DNA from: a virus
Lineage: Duplodnaviria > Caudoviricetes
Virus record (IMG/VR): IMGVR_UViG_3300012143_000004
Span: 1 to 60,503 of that record
Length of the DNA stretch: 60,503 nt
Strand: one strand, 5' to 3'
The notes beneath the pieces were generated by a model. That model did no database searches. It had not been told where the DNA came from and saw nothing but the letters and a program-made list of their open reading frames with translations. The stretch's first letter is position 1; each line of letters starts with the position of its first letter. Below, one piece after another: positions 48,984 through 56,920 of the stretch. The translations under genes and the position numbers were made by a program.

Positions 48984-49232
48984 ATGAAAAAACCAACATT
49001 TAGAAACTGGCACCGGCCAGCCTATTGGTACAGAGCAAAGCCACAGGATTTAAATTTTGTTATGCCCCGTAAAGATGGCAATTGCCTGGAAATTAAAGCC
49101 ACCAGCAAAGATGGCCAGGAAATAATTTTTAACCTGGATGAAGAGTTAACCAAATTGTTTTTATTACACCTGGATAAAAGTTATTTTGGTAAGAAAGTAA
49201 CCAGGGAAATGTACGGATTACCTAAAGTTTAA
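48984..49232 (+). CDS. Hypothetical early protein
   Basis: AAAAACACCACC leader. Confidence 0.7.
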   Translation: MKKPTFRNWHRPAYWYRAKPQDLNFVMPRKDGNCLEIKATSKDGQEIIFNLDEELTKLFLLHLDKSYFGKKVTREMYGLPKV

Positions 49233-49242
49233 AAACACCATT

Positions 49243-49482
49243 ATGAAAACACTGATTTTTGAATTTCCCAAAATTTATGGCCTGGAATACCTGGAAAAAA
49301 AAGCCTACCAGGAAAAGGTTGAAAAAATTATACGCATAGAGGCCCCCAAATGTGGCCTGGAATGGAAAGCAGCATTTATTAATATTACCTGCAGCCAGGA
49401 TGAAGGGAACGCCATACAGGCCACCCTATTTATGTTTTACCGGGTAAAGCCCTGGCATGATTTAATAGGAGCCGAAAAATAA
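49243..49482 (+). CDS. Hypothetical early protein
   Basis: AAAAACACCATT leader. Confidence 0.7.
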   Translation: MKTLIFEFPKIYGLEYLEKKAYQEKVEKIIRIEAPKCGLEWKAAFINITCSQDEGNAIQATLFMFYRVKPWHDLIGAEK

Positions 49483-49493
49483 AATAAAATTTA

Positions 49494-49532
49494 TTTGGTG
49501 TAATGAATTGTTTACACTTAAATTTGTGTAAC
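49494..49532 (+). promoter_or_regulatory. Promoter/operator copy 11
   Basis: TTTG GTGTA atgaattgtt TACAC t TAAATTTG TGTAAC. Confidence 0.85.
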
Positions 49533-49545
49533 AAAAGCAAAAAAC

Positions 49546-49809
49546 ATGATACAGGAAATTAAAAAAGGGGATAGCGTTAGGTTTTCAGAACACCCTTTTA
49601 ATTTAGAAATTAAAGGAGTAAGTGAAAAAGCCTTTTTAGTTGTTATTACTAATAACAGCTGGTTACACGAAAGTGCTAAAAGCGTTTGGGTGCCAAAAAG
49701 TTTATGTACTGTTTATGAAGTAAAAGCAGCTGGCACCGGGTTTACCCAATTTGGCAGCCTGTTTATGGTTAAAGATTTACCCACCTGGTTTGCAAAAAAA
49801 ACTTTTTAA
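49546..49809 (+). CDS. Hypothetical early protein (SEKAFLV..WVPKS motif)
   Basis: Follows promoter copy 11. Confidence 0.7.
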   Translation: MIQEIKKGDSVRFSEHPFNLEIKGVSEKAFLVVITNNSWLHESAKSVWVPKSLCTVYEVKAAGTGFTQFGSLFMVKDLPTWFAKKTF

Positions 49810-49853
49810 TAAAACACCGGGGGCCTACCAGCCCCCATTTAAAACACCCCGTT

Positions 49854-50144
49854 ATGGAACAAAAAACCGACCGCGAAAAAATTGCAGACATTTACAATGA
49901 GTTTCCATTTGAAAAAGTGCTGGCCTATATGGTATTAACAGGCTGGAAATGGAGGGATAAAACCCCCGACCTGGAAGAGATTAAAACAACGGCCTACAGT
50001 TGCCTGGATAGGGCATTAACTGAGGGAAAGCCGGAGGAAAGTTATAGTGGTGGCACTGGTGGGTTTTATGCCTATAGATTTAAATGGAGTGGTAAACTAT
50101 TTTTTAAATTGGCCTTTGAACCCTGGCACAAAAGCAGTTATTAA
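49854..50144 (+). CDS. Hypothetical early protein
   Basis: AAAACACCCCGTT leader. Confidence 0.7.
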   Translation: MEQKTDREKIADIYNEFPFEKVLAYMVLTGWKWRDKTPDLEEIKTTAYSCLDRALTEGKPEESYSGGTGGFYAYRFKWSGKLFFKLAFEPWHKSSY

Positions 50145-50209
50145 TTGCGTATTACAGGCCCCCCACCAGGGGCCTTTTTTTATGCGTAAAAAAATATTTT
50201 TAAAATTTA

Positions 50210-50248
50210 TTTGGTGTAATTAAATTATTACACCTATATTTGTGTAAC
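50210..50248 (+). promoter_or_regulatory. Promoter/operator copy 12
   Basis: TTTG GTGTA attaaattat TACAC c TATATTTG TGTAAC. Confidence 0.85.
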
Positions 50249-50261
50249 AAAACAAAAAGAT

Positions 50262-50486
50262 ATGAAAAACACGAAAAACACCCCAGCAGAAAACGCAGCA
50301 ATTGAAATTTTAAAAAGTGAAAAAGAAACTTTGCCTAACAGGTTACGGCAATCATATAGAAATTTAATTGAAAAGGGAATAATTGAGCCAGTTTATAGAG
50401 ATTTTGAATTTAAAGGAACGATTTTAAAAAATTTCCTGGTAGCCTACAAAATAGATGGCAAAGAATATAAAAACGCGAATTTATAA
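50262..50486 (+). CDS. Hypothetical early protein
   Basis: Follows promoter copy 12. Confidence 0.7.
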   Translation: MKNTKNTPAENAAIEILKSEKETLPNRLRQSYRNLIEKGIIEPVYRDFEFKGTILKNFLVAYKIDGKEYKNANL

Positions 50487-50527
50487 AAAACACCGGGGGC
50501 CTAACCAGCCCCCACAAATTACACCCC

Positions 50528-51316
50528 ATGAATTTACACGAATACACTTTGATTATTATTAACAGCAGCGCCGGTAAAGATAGCCTGGCCAGTATGTGGG
50601 AAATTAACAGGATGGCCCAGGAACAAAATTTTCCTGCAGATAAAATTTTTGTGAGCCACCAATGTTTAGGTAAAATGGAATGGCCAGGCACCAGGGAACT
50701 GGCAGAAAGGCAGGCCAGGAAATTTGGATGGGGTTTTGAAGTTTCTAAATACAGGGATGCAGCCGGCCAGGAAATTAGTTTACTGGAATATGCAGAGAAA
50801 AGGGGCAAATGGCCAGCTAAAAAACAAAGGTGGTGTACCAGTGAATTTAAAAGGGGTGCAGGGGCCAGGGTAGTAACCAAATTAACCAAAGGCCTGGGGG
50901 ATTGTAAAGTATTGCACGTTTTCGGTTTTAGGGCCCAGGAAAGTGCAGATAGGGCCAAAAAGCAAACCCTGGTTTTAAATACCAGGATAAGCAGCAAAAA
51001 AAGAAAGGTTTATGATTATTTGCCGATACACAATTGGAGCAGTTTTGAAGTTTGGGCCACCATTAAAGGGGCAGGCCTGGAATACCACCCGGCCTATGAT
51101 TTAGGTATGCCCCGGCTAAGTTGCGTATTTTGCATTTTTAGCCCATTTCAGGCCCTGGTAATTGCCGGCAAACATAACCCCCAGCTGTTAGATGAATATG
51201 TAAAGGTGGAGGCCAAAATTGGCCATACGTTTACAGCTGCACACAGCCTGGCAGAAGTAAAAGCAGTGGTGGAAGCCGGGGCCATTGTTGAAAGTGTGGA
51301 AGATTGGGTTATGTAA
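50528..51316 (+). CDS. PAPS reductase / DndC-like PP-loop family protein
   Basis: SSAGKDS, RWCTSEFK, GFRAQES..R, PI..W and HPAY..G..RLSCVFC motifs. Confidence 0.85.
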   Translation: MNLHEYTLIIINSSAGKDSLASMWEINRMAQEQNFPADKIFVSHQCLGKMEWPGTRELAERQARKFGWGFEVSKYRDAAGQEISLLEYAEKRGKWPAKKQRWCTSEFKRGAGARVVTKLTKGLGDCKVLHVFGFRAQESADRAKKQTLVLNTRISSKKRKVYDYLPIHNWSSFEVWATIKGAGLEYHPAYDLGMPRLSCVFCIFSPFQALVIAGKHNPQLLDEYVKVEAKIGHTFTAAHSLAEVKAVVEAGAIVESVEDWVM

Positions 51317-51335
51317 AAAATATTTTAAAAAAAGT

Positions 51336-51366
51336 AAGTGTATAAAATATGATACACTTACTTTTG
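51336..51366 (+). promoter_or_regulatory. Promoter/operator copy 13
   Basis: AA GTGTA taaaatatga TACAC t TACTTTTG. Confidence 0.75.
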
Positions 51367-51393
51367 CATTCAATAAAAAACAAAACAAACACT

Positions 51394-51591
51394 ATGGATT
51401 TATTTGAGCAGCCGGAATTATTGCCAGCGGAAGTGCAGGCCATTTTAAATGGGTATGATTGCGACAGCGACCCATACCACGAATGTAACCGGGTTAATAA
51501 TGCCCTGGCCCCCCTGGGGTATTCGTTCAGCTGGGGCCTGGATGGCCAGCCCTATGATTTAACCTTTAACCCAGCCACATGCAGGAACTAA
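51394..51591 (+). CDS. Hypothetical acidic early protein
   Basis: MDLFEQPELLP..., follows promoter copy 13. Confidence 0.7.
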   Translation: MDLFEQPELLPAEVQAILNGYDCDSDPYHECNRVNNALAPLGYSFSWGLDGQPYDLTFNPATCRN

Positions 51592-51845
51592 AATTTAAAC
51601 TGGAAACCATAAATTTTTATTTTAAACTAAACGGGGTAAGTGTTTTTATAAACTGGCAACCCCTGGGGCCAGGTTTGATAAATAACCATTTTCACGAAAA
51701 CGTTTACAGGGTAAGGGTAGGTTATAAAGGAAAGGAAATGTATTTTGATACAGGTTTTACCCCCAAAGTTGCCACCAGCCAGCATTTAATTAAAACAGCT
51801 ATAAAAACAAATGATTTAACAACAACTAAAAAACAAACAACATGA
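51579..51845 (+). CDS. Hypothetical protein
   Basis: Overlapping ORF in the cassette. Confidence 0.6.
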   Translation: MQELKFKLETINFYFKLNGVSVFINWQPLGPGLINNHFHENVYRVRVGYKGKEMYFDTGFTPKVATSQHLIKTAIKTNDLTTTKKQTT

Positions 51846-52036
51846 ACGATGTTTTTAAATTTATAAAAGCAGATAAATTTTTTCCAATTTACTGCCCTGA
51901 TATTAGGAGTTACAACCATAAAATGAGGGGGAAAAATGGAAGGGGTAACCCCGTTACCTTTACACTGGAAGAGGAAAGAGCCATTAAAAAAGGCATTAGG
52001 GAAATGCTGAAAGAGTTAACAGCAAAACAACAATAA
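51842..52036 (+). CDS. Small DNA-binding-like protein (DUF5053-like), paralog of 55165-55452
   Basis: FFP.YCP.I....KM.GKNGRGNP..FT..E...I..G. Confidence 0.55.
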   Translation: MNDVFKFIKADKFFPIYCPDIRSYNHKMRGKNGRGNPVTFTLEEERAIKKGIREMLKELTAKQQ

Positions 52037-52037
52037 T

Positions 52038-52184
52038 ATGTACCAGGTATTGTATTATTTAAAGGGCCAGCCATGCGATATAAAAAAAGGGTTTTTAACC
52101 AGGCAGCTGGCATGGGCATGGGTAGAAAGCCAGCTGGAAAATATTGATTGGTACCGGATAGAAAAGCAGCAATGCAATAATTAA
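52038..52184 (+). CDS. 48-aa hypothetical protein (absent from ORF track)
   Basis: MYQVLYYLKGQPCDIKKGF..., fills the gap between cassette ORFs. Confidence 0.5.
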   Translation: MYQVLYYLKGQPCDIKKGFLTRQLAWAWVESQLENIDWYRIEKQQCNN

Positions 52185-52209
52185 CCTATAAAAAACACCA
52201 CCACCGCGA

Positions 52210-52434
52210 ATGGAACAAACATTTTTTAGTTTTCCCAAAGTTGCCCCTGGTACCTGTATTTTCACCTTTACAAAGAACGTAGAAAACGCCCTTTACAGCC
52301 GTACCCAGGGCACCTACACAGGATGGCGTTATGTAGCCGGCCAATTGAGTGCAACCATTCACCATTTGCCTGGGGATAGCACCAAAATACAGCACCTTTT
52401 AGCGCAAAAATTCGGGGCAATACCTGGGGAATAA
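52210..52434 (+). CDS. Hypothetical protein
   Basis: AAAAAACACCACCACC leader. Confidence 0.65.
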   Translation: MEQTFFSFPKVAPGTCIFTFTKNVENALYSRTQGTYTGWRYVAGQLSATIHHLPGDSTKIQHLLAQKFGAIPGE

Positions 52435-52494
52435 TACCCCCAGGTATTTTATTTATTAACCAGCCTGCAGGCCTGCAGGTTTAACACCACTTAC

Positions 52495-52692
52495 ATGGAC
52501 ATTTTAAAATGCACTTTTAATGAGTTTAGGGAGTTACGACAGTTATATAATTATGCAGCAAAGCAGGGTAAAACCAGTTTTGTTTTTAAGGGTAATACTT
52601 TTGTAACTGGTTATGCAAAATATGTTATAGAATACCTGGATAGCCGTTTTAAGGGGCCAGGAAAAATAAGCCAGCCACATGAACGAAAATAA
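52495..52692 (+). CDS. Conserved phage hypothetical protein (F.FKG....YAKYVIEYL)
   Basis: ORF with a recognisable small motif. Confidence 0.7.
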   Translation: MDILKCTFNEFRELRQLYNYAAKQGKTSFVFKGNTFVTGYAKYVIEYLDSRFKGPGKISQPHERK

Positions 52693-52891
52693 AATTGAAT
52701 GGAGCCCATTAAAAGCCATTGATTGTGTGGAAAATTTTGATGGGTTTAATTACAGCGGTGATGAAATAATACAGGCCTGGGCCTATTTGATTAAAACAAA
52801 ACTTTGCTGGCAATTACAGGGCTGGTATGGCAGACAGGCATACGATTTAATAAACAATAATGTTATTTCATTAGAGGGGGAAATACTTTAA
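52679..52891 (+). CDS. Conserved phage hypothetical protein (W.LQGWYGR.A..LI)
   Basis: Motif recalled from phage early proteins. Confidence 0.7.
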   Translation: MNENKIEWSPLKAIDCVENFDGFNYSGDEIIQAWAYLIKTKLCWQLQGWYGRQAYDLINNNVISLEGEIL

Positions 52892-52918
52892 TAACAAACC
52901 AATAAAAACAAAGTAAAC

Positions 52919-53353
52919 ATGGAACCACAAAAGAGCCCGGAAGCCCAGGCAAAAAGAAAATTATTACATGATATTTTAGGCGAATTTAAAACCAGGATGA
53001 ACAAAGCCGGGTTTATTGGATTAATGGTTTTAGCTGATGCCCTGGAAGTTGCCCAGGATGATGCAGGAACCATGAAAGGGGTTTTGCAGATAGTAACAGC
53101 GAAAACATTAGTGGCAGATTACACCATTTTTAATAATGATGTGCCAGGCAAAAGCATGGTGGAAAAAGAAAACTACACAGAATACCAGCTGGCCACCACC
53201 ATTAAATTATTAGAAACCTTTATTGAATTATTGCAGCATGAAATTGCAGCCCATAAAAACCTTTTATCGGGGGTGCAATTACTGGATATGATTGATAACC
53301 CAAACGGTATTATTTATGAACTAATGAACCGCGACAAAGGTTTTAAAAACTAA
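52919..53353 (+). CDS. Hypothetical protein
   Basis: 144-aa ORF followed by a terminator at 53383-53410. Confidence 0.7.
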   Translation: MEPQKSPEAQAKRKLLHDILGEFKTRMNKAGFIGLMVLADALEVAQDDAGTMKGVLQIVTAKTLVADYTIFNNDVPGKSMVEKENYTEYQLATTIKLLETFIELLQHEIAAHKNLLSGVQLLDMIDNPNGIIYELMNRDKGFKN

Positions 53354-53419
53354 TTAAAGTTTGTTTTCTATTCAATTGTTACAGCCGGGGTTTTTACCCT
53401 GGCTTTTTTTATTTTTTTA

Positions 53420-53450
53420 TTTGTGTGAAATAAAACGTACACTATATTTG
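53420..53450 (+). promoter_or_regulatory. Promoter/operator copy 14 (degenerate)
   Basis: TTT GTGTG aaataaaacg TACAC TATATTTG. Confidence 0.75.
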
Positions 53451-53471
53451 TATAAATAAAAAATTACACCA

Positions 53472-53645
53472 ATGGAAAAAAAGTATTTGCATTTAACCGT
53501 TTTAACGCATGGGGGCACAACGTTTACAAACCCACTGCAGCTGGGTGAGGCCTACATTATAAGCCAAATAGCCCAGGAACATAAACAAATAATAGTTAAG
53601 CTGGAAAAGTGCAGCAAAGCCCAGTACAAAGCAATTTTTGGTTAA
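53472..53645 (+). CDS. 57-aa hypothetical early protein (absent from ORF track)
   Basis: MEKKYLHLTVLTHGG...KAIFG, directly after promoter copy 14. Confidence 0.65.
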   Translation: MEKKYLHLTVLTHGGTTFTNPLQLGEAYIISQIAQEHKQIIVKLEKCSKAQYKAIFG

Positions 53646-53664
53646 CCTTTAAAACAAAACACCA

Positions 53665-53895
53665 ATGGATTTACAGAAATTAGATTTTATTGAACTTACC
53701 CGGATTACCGCGAAAACAAACCTTTACAACCGGGGCAAATGTTTTACTAAAGGCAAAACCTATATAGTGGAAAAAAAGATTGATACCCCTGCAGGCCTGA
53801 GCAGTTGCCAAACAGTTAACGACCTGGGGCAGCCCCACATAATTGGCATTTGGTGGAGGCATTTTTTTATATTACCACCAAATTTTATTTATTAA
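53665..53895 (+). CDS. Hypothetical protein
   Basis: AAAACACCA leader. Confidence 0.65.
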   Translation: MDLQKLDFIELTRITAKTNLYNRGKCFTKGKTYIVEKKIDTPAGLSSCQTVNDLGQPHIIGIWWRHFFILPPNFIY

Positions 53896-53915
53896 CGATT
53901 AAAACCCCATTACCA

Positions 53916-54197
53916 ATGGAAAACAACGAACATTTAATTAAAGCATTAAACAGCCTGAGAAACGGCCTATCAACAGCAGGGTACCACATACCCAGCCCAA
54001 CGGATAAAGAAAGCGTTATGAACAGCCTGGATGATTTTGACGTACACATGGTAAAGTTTAGACAGGAAACCCCAGCATTATTGGGTTTAACCAGGCGGGG
54101 AAAACTGGCCCTGGTGATTGCTAAGTTTATCGAAACGGAAAAGCCGGGATGGAGCCCAAACCAGCTGGCTGATGCTATTTTAAAAGCAGGATTTTAA
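53916..54197 (+). CDS. Hypothetical protein
   Basis: ATG start MENNEHL. Confidence 0.65.
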   Translation: MENNEHLIKALNSLRNGLSTAGYHIPSPTDKESVMNSLDDFDVHMVKFRQETPALLGLTRRGKLALVIAKFIETEKPGWSPNQLADAILKAGF

Positions 54198-54216
54198 ACC
54201 ATTTAAAACACTACCA

Positions 54217-54312
54217 ATGGCGCGAAGAGCAAACAGCACTAACCCTGAATTAGTGATAGTATTAGCAGTAATAATTTTATTTATTAAAGGTTGTTTAGAA
54301 CTAACCAAATAA
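54217..54312 (+). CDS. 31-aa single-TM micropeptide (absent from ORF track)
   Basis: MARRANSTNPELVIVLAVIILFIKGCLELTK with an AAAACACTACCA leader. Confidence 0.5.
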   Translation: MARRANSTNPELVIVLAVIILFIKGCLELTK

Positions 54313-54323
54313 AAAACACCACT

Positions 54324-54608
54324 ATGAAAAAAACCGCGACAGTGCAAAAAGGTTACAGCTGGAAAAAAGAATGGTTTGCCCACCCAACGTGTGGGGCCCA
54401 GTATTTTTTATTATTAGATGGAAAAGATTTACCTGGGTGGGGGGTGCAGCATTGTGGCCACCCTACAGCAAACTGGCCATATTCAATTTTTTACGGGGAT
54501 TACATAAAACATGGGTTAACAGATTTACGCGAACTAAAAGCCCAGGTGATTGAACTACACAAACAATTTTTAGAAACCGGAAAGCAACCCAATTTAAACA
54601 CCAATTAA
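54324..54608 (+). CDS. Hypothetical protein (HCGHPTANWPY motif)
   Basis: AAAAAACACCACT leader. Confidence 0.7.
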   Translation: MKKTATVQKGYSWKKEWFAHPTCGAQYFLLLDGKDLPGWGVQHCGHPTANWPYSIFYGDYIKHGLTDLRELKAQVIELHKQFLETGKQPNLNTN

Positions 54609-54618
54609 AAACACGATT

Positions 54619-54936
54619 ATGGAAATTGAAGGAACGTTAATTAAAGACAGCGAAATAATAGGGGTGGGGCCATTAATGGCCACCAGCGGCACCGGCCAAA
54701 TTGATGCCACTATTTACAACAGCAAAAAATTTTCTTACCTGGTACATTTAAAACAGCATTCCATAAACATTGAAACCAACTTTTTAAAAATCGGTTTTAA
54801 AGGGGATGAAATAAGGGATGAAGTAAAGGAGGCCAGGGAAACCTATAAAAAATTTGTTGAGAATTACCAGGAAGTAAAAAAGCAAATTGCCGCCATGATT
54901 GATGAAACTACAAACCCCATTTATAAAGATTTTTAA
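54619..54936 (+). CDS. Hypothetical protein
   Basis: AAAAACACGATT leader. Confidence 0.7.
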   Translation: MEIEGTLIKDSEIIGVGPLMATSGTGQIDATIYNSKKFSYLVHLKQHSINIETNFLKIGFKGDEIRDEVKEARETYKKFVENYQEVKKQIAAMIDETTNPIYKDF

Positions 54937-54953
54937 AAACACCACCACCAATT

Positions 54954-55154
54954 ATGGAAAACCACCACAGAGAAAGCAGCCGGGTATTTATTGAAATGAG
55001 CCATGATGTATTATTACCTGGTACCGTAACAGGCACCAGCCCGGCAAAAGATAGGCCCTACAGGGTAAGCGTAAAATTTGACAATGGCATGGAACTGGAA
55101 GCAATGGCCCCGGAATGTATAACCCCCCAGGAACCCGTATTTATTAACCTGTAA
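54954..55154 (+). CDS. Hypothetical protein (SH3-like beta pattern)
   Basis: AAAAACACCACCACCAATT leader. Confidence 0.6.
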   Translation: MENHHRESSRVFIEMSHDVLLPGTVTGTSPAKDRPYRVSVKFDNGMELEAMAPECITPQEPVFINL

Positions 55155-55164
55155 AAGTACCTTT

Positions 55165-55452
55165 ATGGTTTACCAAACTGATAGGGTTTTAAAGGCCTTT
55201 GAATATGTAAAGGCCTATTTATTTTTCCCGAAATATTGCCCAGGTATAACAAACTGGAAAAATAAAATGGCTGGTAAGAATGGAAGAGGTAACCCCCTGG
55301 GGTTTACTGATGCTGAAAAGGGAAAAATAAGGAGGGGATTAAAACAGCTGGCAAAAGATACCCAAACAAAGCCCCGGTTAACTTATTACCGGGGCAGATT
55401 AGACGCCACCAGGGGCATAAATGCTGGGGTTATAGTTATGAAATTTAAATAG
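55165..55452 (+). CDS. Small DNA-binding-like protein (DUF5053-like), paralog of 51842-52036
   Basis: Shared GKNGRGNP..FT..E motif. Confidence 0.55.
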   Translation: MVYQTDRVLKAFEYVKAYLFFPKYCPGITNWKNKMAGKNGRGNPLGFTDAEKGKIRRGLKQLAKDTQTKPRLTYYRGRLDATRGINAGVIVMKFK

Positions 55453-55498
55453 CTTTTCTGAGAGGCCACCCATTTTAATGGGGGCAACTATCGTTAAC

Positions 55499-55526
55499 AC
55501 CAGCCCTTTTTAGGGCTGGTTTTTTT
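55499..55526 (+). terminator. Rho-independent terminator closing the third early island
   Basis: ACCAGCCCT-tttt-AGGGCTGGT followed by T6. Confidence 0.8.
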
Positions 55527-55544
55527 GTGCCCCACAGGGGGTTA

Positions 55545-55684
55545 TTTTGCGACCCCACCCCGCGACCCCCGGAAACCTTACCAGGAAGCATTTATAGCGG
55601 TTTTGCGACCCCCCCCGCGACCCCACCAGGGAGCGCAATTTTTATTTTGATACTTACCCCCACCTTACCCCTAACTTACCCCCC
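55545..55684. repeat. C-rich direct repeats (GCGACCCC x4; CTTACCCC x3)
   Basis: TTTTGCGACCCC..GCGACCCC at 55545 and 55601; three CTTACCCC copies between 55653 and 55682. Confidence 0.75.
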
Positions 55685-55735
55685 AGGGGGTGGAAAATGG
55701 CCCAGGGGCCAATAGTTTGTACATTTAACCCCAGC

Positions 55736-56110
55736 ATGGAATTTAGTTTGGAACTTACGTTATTAACCAGCCTGAAAATTATTTTCATGTACGGGGCCAT
55801 GAAACCTGGGATGGTATTCGATTTTTTGCCCAGGGTATTTGATTGGGTTTTGCACTGGTTACCAATGGAAGCCCAACTATATTTAAAAAAGCCCCTGTAT
55901 GATTGTGTATTTTGTATGGCCAGTGTTTGGGGTTTACTGTTCACCTACCAGTATTTTGAAATTACAGTGGATTATGTTTTTTTGATTTTGCAGGTGGGTG
56001 GGGTTAATTACCTGGTAGCAACTATTATAGGCTGGTACCACGACCAGGAAGAAAAAAACGAAAGGTTACATGAGCAGGCACTATTTAAAGAAAAAGAAGC
56101 AACGAAATGA
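55736..56110 (+). CDS. Multi-TM membrane protein with CxxC..W motif (DUF1360-like)
   Basis: KPLYDCVFCMASVWG plus three hydrophobic segments. Confidence 0.6.
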   Translation: MEFSLELTLLTSLKIIFMYGAMKPGMVFDFLPRVFDWVLHWLPMEAQLYLKKPLYDCVFCMASVWGLLFTYQYFEITVDYVFLILQVGGVNYLVATIIGWYHDQEEKNERLHEQALFKEKEATK

Positions 56111-56322
56111 ACGAACAGGCAAACAGGCTGAGGGCAGCGGGATGGGTTTGCAGCGTTTGTGGGTGCCCAGGTAAAAAAGGTTTTGATTGTTACACTACAA
56201 AAAACAGGTGGGTAAGGATAAGAATAAACCCGGCCAATTTTAGGATAATAAAATTTAATCAGATTATTGAAGCCGGCCATTTATACCAGCTGGAAGAAAA
56301 AATGAAACTGCATGATATTTAA
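56107..56322 (+). CDS. Small Cys-containing hypothetical protein
   Basis: ATGA overlap with the previous ORF. Confidence 0.6.
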   Translation: MNEQANRLRAAGWVCSVCGCPGKKGFDCYTTKNRWVRIRINPANFRIIKFNQIIEAGHLYQLEEKMKLHDI

Positions 56323-56920
56323 AAAACTGATTAACTGGATATTTAAAAAAAACGTTTTCCCCGTTACCAGCTACGAAACAAAACTGGCCTTTACATGCGG
56401 GGGTATTGATTATTACCAGCTGATTGATTTTAATAACACCCCTGCACTGAGGGGATTAAAAACAATGGTTTTCTATGAGGAAATGAAAATGAAATGCAGC
56501 GTAGAATATTTGAAATTGCATGTGGATGCAGTGGATAACATTTTACTGAAACGAAACATAAACATTTTTGAAATTAAAAAGCTAAACGACCAATTAAAGC
56601 AGCGGTTAAACATTGCCCTGGAAATGGAACTGGTTTATAAAATTGCCAGTGTAGTTTTTTTTCCTGCAAATGAAAAAATTGATGATTACGATTATGGTTT
56701 TAATGCCAGGAAGGTGGCCCACTGGAAAAAACATGGCGGGGCAGATTTTTTTTTGCAACGGCCCTTAATAGAGTTACTACCAGTTTTAAGCAATTTGAAA
56801 GGGAATTTAGAGAATTATATTCAGGTACAGGAAAAGCTAAACAAAATACATTTGGAAAATTTATTACGAATGTTGCCGGCCACACAGATACAGAAATTGA
56901 GAGGCAAATTTACTTTTTAG
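56312..56920 (+). CDS. Tail assembly chaperone (gpG-like)
   Basis: Upstream of the tape measure; contains a T9 slippery run at 56746-56754 (D-F-F-L). Confidence 0.7.
   Translation: MIFKKLINWIFKKNVFPVTSYETKLAFTCGGIDYYQLIDFNNTPALRGLKTMVFYEEMKMKCSVEYLKLHVDAVDNILLKRNINIFEIKKLNDQLKQRLNIALEMELVYKIASVVFFPANEKIDDYDYGFNARKVAHWKKHGGADFFLQRPLIELLPVLSNLKGNLENYIQVQEKLNKIHLENLLRMLPATQIQKLRGKFTF

Noticed and set aside
55527-55715. 62-aa Pro-rich ORF
   Set aside because: It is a translation of the C-rich repeat block with a GTG start right after a terminator; more likely non-coding.
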